A stretch of DNA of 64,000 bases from Bugula neritina (Eukaryota; Animalia; Bryozoa), in contig OZ037769.1 in NCBI GenBank assembly GCA_964035545.1, positions 7,545,929 to 7,609,928 of the forward strand. The letters are read 5' to 3'. Of this stretch, positions 57,315 to 64,000 are shown in pieces. Position numbers and translations under genes: made by a program. The first letter of the stretch is position 1; every line of letters begins with the position of its first letter. The notes below the pieces were generated by a model. The model ran no database searches and was not told where the DNA came from. It worked only from the letters and a program-made list of their open reading frames with translations.

Positions 57315-60300
57315 TTATTGTGATGCTTTATATGAGAAAATATTGAGGGAGTTGTCAGCACCACCACTCAGCATGTAAGATGGGCAACTCCAGTCAACTG
57401 CCATCACTTTGTCACTGTGTCCAGTGAGATCATACAATGGGGTTTTTGGGCTACAAAATAATTACAAGGATTACCTTGGTAATTCAACCGAAACAGCAGT
57501 AATGGAAATTGCAATTAATGTTTTCGGTGAAAATAACTCAATACTATGAGTATGGGTAAAATAAAATGCAAAAAAATTGCATGAGTATTAAGCTCAGTTT
57601 TCCACCAATTAAGAATAGCAGTCCCCTAGACAGTAGCATAGTTCAAGTTCAGCTGTACTTAGAGTATAACACAATGATGTATTCACAATCCTGGTTGATA
57701 GTCTGCAACAATATTTATAACTTCTCCAACATGCTGTGAAGATATCAATGACCTAGTAAATACAAGTTACACTAACTAGGAACCATCTGGATGCATTGTA
57801 AAAAAACCTTTTTAAGATTGTGGGCACAGCTACACTTTCTGTTTTTACTCCACCAATATTCACATAACACCTTAGGTTAGCAACGCTGAACAATACCATG
57901 CTACCCTGTTTGATGCATAACCAGACTGTGGCCATCCAATAATTACAGCTAGAAGACAACATTTTTATCACCCTTGAATGTGAATACAAAATTGAAGTCG
58001 ATCAATTAAGGTTGTAAATTTATGGGCACTGTTCTGGATATATCAAACCATAGAATTTTATTACCCCTTGGTGGCATATGACAAGGGAGAAACACAAATA
58101 TTTCACTAAAGGCATACCTGCGCACATCCCAAAGTTTAGCCAGGTTATCATAAGAGCCAGAGATGAAGAGGTTCTCATCATCCTGAGACCAGAATACTGA
58201 TGATACCCAACCAGTGTGTGAGGAGAAATTTCCGATCACCATTGAAGAGTCTGAAATATTTAGCTGCTACATTACAGACATGCTTTTAAATTTAATTCTA
58301 GCATAAAACTTTATAAGTTACAATTTATTTATCTGCGAGGATTGGTGAACTTGAAAGCTGAAAATTCTGTCATTAATGCAATTTTTTATAATTGCGTCAA
58401 TCAACATTTTGAAATATAAACGTATAGATTCAAAGCTTTTGAATGTCGAGAAATGTTCTACGGAAAAATATTGATACAATTAATATGCAATAACCCTGCT
58501 TCAATCAAGTTATTTACATAATAAAGATGAAGAAAAGTAGAGGAACAGCAACAGTTAAACGATATTCCAGAACTGACTAACAACAATCTGAAGGCTCTGT
58601 TGAACTTATCAACACATTAAAACTCAATTTTCTAGATACAAAAATATTATATTATCGTGTAACGAAGTATCACAACTACCTAGCACAGTTTCACACCTAC
58701 TGACCTTTAACCCTGTGATCCCACAACCTCACATGTCTGTCTGAAGAACCAGTGAGGAATCTTCCAGATACGGGAGAGCAGTCCAATGATAAAATAGCTT
58801 TAGAACTGGTCTACAAAACAAAATATAAGTATTTAAGTCTATGAACAACACTACTGTAGTAGAAACACAAACCTGAATCAAGTCAGCTTCCTAGGTGAAA
58901 GGTGGAATTCAGAGAGCAGCATACTATGAGTGGTTCAGTTACTGCTGCTGCCAAATTCATTCAATAGTGATAACAGAAAAAGCATTTTATTACAATTACC
59001 TCAAACGCCAACAAAATGTATTCTCAACATTCAATTTTTAGCGATTGAGCATATAAATTAGTAAATTATGAAAACATTACAACCACCGCGTTTCCTTGGC
59101 TTCACATGTAAATAGATTTTTTACTCTATGTTTGAAAACAGTTGCATTGAATGAAACCAGAATATAAGTTCATGCAAACCGCAACCACAAATTCATCCTT
59201 ACGCATAATGTGATATAATGAAAATGCAGAGAATGAAATTAGTATATGGTGTCACTAATAACTGAAGATGTATACATACAATAGTTTGAGTGTTGGTTTG
59301 TGTTTCCAGACTCCATATCCGTATAGTATGATCAAGACCAGCGGTTACTATATTGCTCATAGCTTTCCAGCACACACCCATAATTCCCTCACTGTGTCCT
59401 GCCAGGGTGATGATAGGCACCTACAAGCATAAGTTAACACCTAAAGCTAGACTCAACATTCAACTCTGTTACATAACAATGTACAACCTTGGTTTGGCTT
59501 AGACTAAAATGCACTGGTAATTGAAGATTTGACAATATTAAAACAAAGCTCACGCAAATTTTATAGTGAGAAACCCTGATGGAAAGGGTTTTTGTTTGAT
59601 CAAGCTAAAAATTATTCATATGTGGGACAGGATCAATTACGAATGGATGCTTTTCCTAACATCACTAATGGCCTTCACTGGGAATGGAACCCATGACCTC
59701 AGGTTTGCTAGGTCAGTGCGCTAACCCCTAGACCATAGCTGCTCCCTTTGACAATAATCTTTATAATTTTTATAATCCAAAAGCTCACAAAGCTATTAGG
59801 AAATCAGACCTTGCTCTGTGCTTCATGACTTTTTCTTTTCTTGCTCGGTGCCTCTTCATCATCTGTATTTACATTGACTCCTCTATCGTCTAGTGTCCAT
59901 ATCTTCAGCATTTTATCTCTAGACACACTAGCAAACTACAACATAACTTTATTATATTTACAAACTTCTCTTTATGTCTTATCATCTGAGAAAATACAGT
60001 AACATCAGCATCTAAAATCCTAGGGATTTAGTCTTTTTCACTAACTTATTTATGCTATGAAAATTGATGAAAATAATAGTTGAATAATAATAGATTAATT
60101 CAGACACTGCGTCTTCTCCTATTGAAGATTTTATTTTTTACAAACTTGTTTGCTCCATAGAATAAGTGTCTCCCAAGCTTCTAATGCACATCCCAAGCAA
60201 TAGAACAATCTCAAGACATAACCAACAGATGAATAAACCACATAGTTTTTCTTTTTTTAAAAGTTGAATTTAATTATGCGAATTGGTTTTGTAATACTTG

Positions 60301-61961
60301 TTGGAGCTCATATACCAAAACCATTCATCTGCTAGTGATTTATAAATAATTTTCAATTCCTAAAAATTGATCAAATATAACATTCCATAGAAACATATTG
60401 TCTTTGAGTCACGCTATTTTACTTATAGCTAACTCAATTTGTTAATGCAAATTTATTGACAACAGAAGCAAGGGTAAGGTTTAGGCACTTACTTGTAGGT
60501 TATCAGGGGAGGTAACTACTGATGAGAGAGCAAATGCATGGCCAGAACACTTGTACAGACACTTAATAGAGTTTGTATCTGTTTCCCATTGCCAGACGTG
60601 TAACAACTGATCATGTGACCCAGTAACAAAAGTGTATGTATTATCATCTGAAACAATTAAATAATATTGTCTATATGACAACCACATTACAAAACAATAG
60701 ATATAAAATTAGAAATAATAGTTTGAATTTATATATAATGACAAATTTATTATATGTAATGTATTATAATGTTAGTATATGTAATGTAAAGTTATAACAT
60801 TAAAAAGGAGCTAACCTGATGAAATCCAACTAAGACATGTGACCGGGGCAGAGTGTGCAGGTAGAGTCAACAACTCTGTACCTTCATAGGTATGAATCTT
60901 TACTGTGTGGTCGTAGGAGCCAGAGAGAATACTAACACATGCAAGATACAAACACAAGATATATAAACACAATTAAATGATTTTTTGTTTTAAATAATCC
61001 AAGAGAGTTCTGACTTTTTTTCCAATTTTGTTCATGTATACCTATTATAGCCAGTATTTTACACTGAATTTTGCAACATGGTTTTATGTAATAAATCAAT
61101 CAATCAATATTAAAAACAAAATTACACATTGGTAGCCTGGGGGCTCCAGCACAATTTTAGCCTGAAGCTACAGCAAGTTGACAAAAAGGTCATGGCCATG
61201 GCTAGTTGCTGTGAGCAATAACTTTCCCAATAAAACATATAGAGTTTTAGCACTGCATTAGAACACGGCCTGTTATGTTGTGATGCAAAATATTGCACTT
61301 ACTATTTGCTGTTGCCTTGTACACAGCTAACCCAATCATTGTGAAGTATAGATTGTTCAGGAGAAGGTGAAGGTTGTTTCAATATAAACTCCACCCCCAC
61401 TACTTCTTCCTGTCAAATATTGCCAAAAAGCAACGACTATAGTTTATTTCATTAAAATATCGATTTTCAAAATAACTTTTTATTATATTTAAAAAAGAAA
61501 ATATCAAATAAATGTGGCTTTTGCTAAAAATTAAGAGACAGTTAAGATAAATCAATTTGCCACACAAGTGTTTTTTAAGAACAAGCCTACATGCATTAAT
61601 TTATTTTTTTACACAAATGCTAATATGACATACAGTTGATATTTCTTTGGACTCCATAAACTGAGCAATGGTAGTTCGAAGTAGCTCTCCATTGATAAGA
61701 AAATCAAATTCTGGATCACTGGCATCATCTAGTAAATCTAAAATATTATGTATATTTATATCAAAAAATTAAACACGGTTATTTTACTTTTAGTTGATAA
61801 TTTCTTTCAACAATAAATATTACTTCCTGATAGACATTGCATACAGTAATGACGACATTAAACAGGTTACCGTGAGACTGGAGACTTGAAATTAAGATCT
61901 TTGATAATTCAGCACATCCCGTATCTCCAGGAAGAGAAAAAGTAGACTTAGCAGCTGCATA
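57315..61961 (-). CDS. WDR12: Ribosome biogenesis protein WDR12/YTM1 (NLE + WD40), 5'-partial; exons approximately 61961-61871, 61728-61635, 61389-61303, 60932-60817, 60647-60492, 59935-59810, 59419-59279, 58809-58705, 58250-58118, 57450-57315
   Basis: NLE-like [11 protein letters not shown]...[13 protein letters not shown], and WD40 repeats [67 protein letters not shown]...SGGADN. Confidence 0.9.
59548..59746 (-). mobile_element. tRNA-derived SINE, copy 6 (in a WDR12 intron)
   Basis: Matches copy 1 and ends ...ctaacccctagaccatagctgctccct. Confidence 0.75.
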
Positions 61962-63269
61962 CCTTTGCAAACAACACCAATTATTCACCAACCAATCAAA
62001 TAATAGTTCATCTAACTAGTATTTTGAATTTGCAACATTTTCACCAATTAGATAAACACATTCAAAACTTAAACTCAACATAATTTAAGATGGTCACCAT
62101 ATTTTTACATTTGCAGTTATTGTAGAAAAAAAGTTGGCTGATTTGTGTTACTGCTTTGCAACGATATTGACAAAAGAACCCCATAGCTATCTTACATGAG
62201 TGCAAACAGAATACATTTTACAATGCAGGAAGACAAAAATATAAACAAAGATATATTGTTTAACCGGGTACACAACGCATTAATAAAGACACTTTGCCAT
62301 CCTGCGCTAGGTAATCTACATTTCGGTGCCATATCTTTGCTAGGTAGGCTTAATCTCGGGCTTTCTAATTGCATACAAAGTGCTAAGTGGCCAAGACTTA
62401 ATACAGGACACGACTTTATAGACTAATAATGTTAGAAAAACAGCAAAAGAAATGTGGCAGAATGTGAAGATAATTTGAATCTAAACAGTGTTTAGATCAG
62501 AAAAAAGTCTATATAACTTTTTTTCAACCTGTAATTTTTACCATACAAATGGTAGAATCTTACAGACCATTTAAAATGTGTGGTGCCACATGATGTGATT
62601 AAATGGAAATGCTGTGGTACCTGTTGACACTATGACAATTTTCATGAGCTACCTCACGCTAAACAGCGAATATATCAGAAGCCTAATCAAATACAACATG
62701 CTATTTAATAAGGAAACACAAATATATAAATGCATACCTTTTAAGCTTTGTGAACAACTTCACTTGTGCATGTGCCTGTGTCAAACCATCACCTTGAGCT
62801 GCTGCCATCTTTCTAACCTTTTCTTTCTTATATTTACGAATTAGATAGGTGATATTGAATAAGTTGCATCCAAATATGGTGCAGTCAATGTGGTGATAGA
62901 ATGGTCTGTTATAACTTAATTACAACTACCACTGTCCCACAACTCAAAATTTAGATAGTGAGCAATAAAAAATATTAGTTAACTGGTAAACAATTTGTGA
63001 TCTAACTTCTAGTGATTAAACCTATAAAACTAAAACCAAAGTTTATCTAAATGTAGCTACCCAATGCATACAGTTTCTTGTGTGAAAAGCTGTACATTTA
63101 AAAAATAGAGTTGACATAAAGTTAATCATTGCAGTATATATATTATTGTAGTGACTTTGAAGCCAGACCTTGTAGCTGGTAAGCCTAAGAAATCTGGATA
63201 GCAATTTATACTATACGTACTCATATCTTAAAGTAATCAACATTGCGATTAACATAGTGACATTGGCCG

Positions 63270-64000
63270 TGAAAGTCAGAGTCACAGTGACTGAGTAAGT
63301 CAGTGCGACAGTCAAACTCAATCACATTGTCACAGTCATCGACATGATTATCCAAATCTTAAATGTTGATAATCATGATAATTATACATTTATCATCGTA
63401 TTAATTTTCAAGTTGAAGTTATTGTTAATAAAAATAATATTAACAATTAATGATGACCATAATCATAATGATGAATGGTACCTGATAGTGATGAGCGATG
63501 ATTGATAACGATATTATTATCAATATCAATATTTATATGAACATTAATATGAGAACAATATCAATTATCATACTATTTTAGTTTCAACTGTCATTAGCAT
63601 AAAGATAATTATAATATAAATATATTTATTCATAATGTGATGCTATGTTTATCACAATCTGTATGATTATGATTATGATAATCATGACAGGACTGATGCC
63701 TCAGCCTAAGGGTCATATTACACCAGCTAAGGCTACTCCTAGTACAGCAGTTTTAGTACTTGCACAATGACTATGAGGATGACAGTGACTATGACTCATG
63801 ACTCATGAGTATCAATATGAGTATGACAGTCAACATCACTGTAAGCACTATGACTATCGGTATCACAGTATCAGCATCATACTCATAGAATAGGAATCAT
63901 TCTGGTAGTGAAACTCAAACTAAATGCGATACTCAGCCGGAATTTCATAATCATGGTGATTCTCATACTGATGAGTAAGCATCAATGAGTATGAGTATCA
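63270..64000 (-). repeat. Degenerate hexamer/low-complexity tract (reverse orientation), probably in WDR12 intron 1
   Basis: agtatg/actatg/agtatc units, the reverse complement of catact/catagt/gatact. Confidence 0.7.

Overview
AT-rich, intron-containing eukaryotic DNA from an invertebrate metazoan (species cannot be determined from the sequence). Recognisable genes are a rearranged SUV3 (SUPV3L1) helicase fragment at 0.2-0.9 kb, a TMEM248-like gene (+), a large unidentified multi-exon gene (-, about 21.4-36.1 kb), SPAG6 (-) head-to-head with CISD3 (+), and WDR12/YTM1 (-, first exon probably beyond the window). Mobile DNA includes an internally deleted Ty3/Gypsy LTR element with a tRNA-Leu PBS and an extra C2H2/coiled-coil ORF. 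A long-TIR PIF/Harbinger-ISL2EU-type element (AT TSD) is nested in one of its LTRs. There are also several MITEs, six copies of a tRNA-derived SINE and many mini/microsatellites. The most striking unexplained structure is a ~10 kb nested palindrome at 39.0-49.2 kb, organised A-B-A' / A-B'-A'. Its four arms share a block with a TATA box and splice sites but no ORF intact in all copies. Other notable patterns are strand-oriented NATA(C/G)T hexamer tracts just downstream of first exons, an intronic minisatellite that matches the U1 snRNA 5' end, and minisatellites starting at splice donors or a stop codon. Everything was read by eye: identities are approximate, and gene names rest on recalled family sequences, not database searches.
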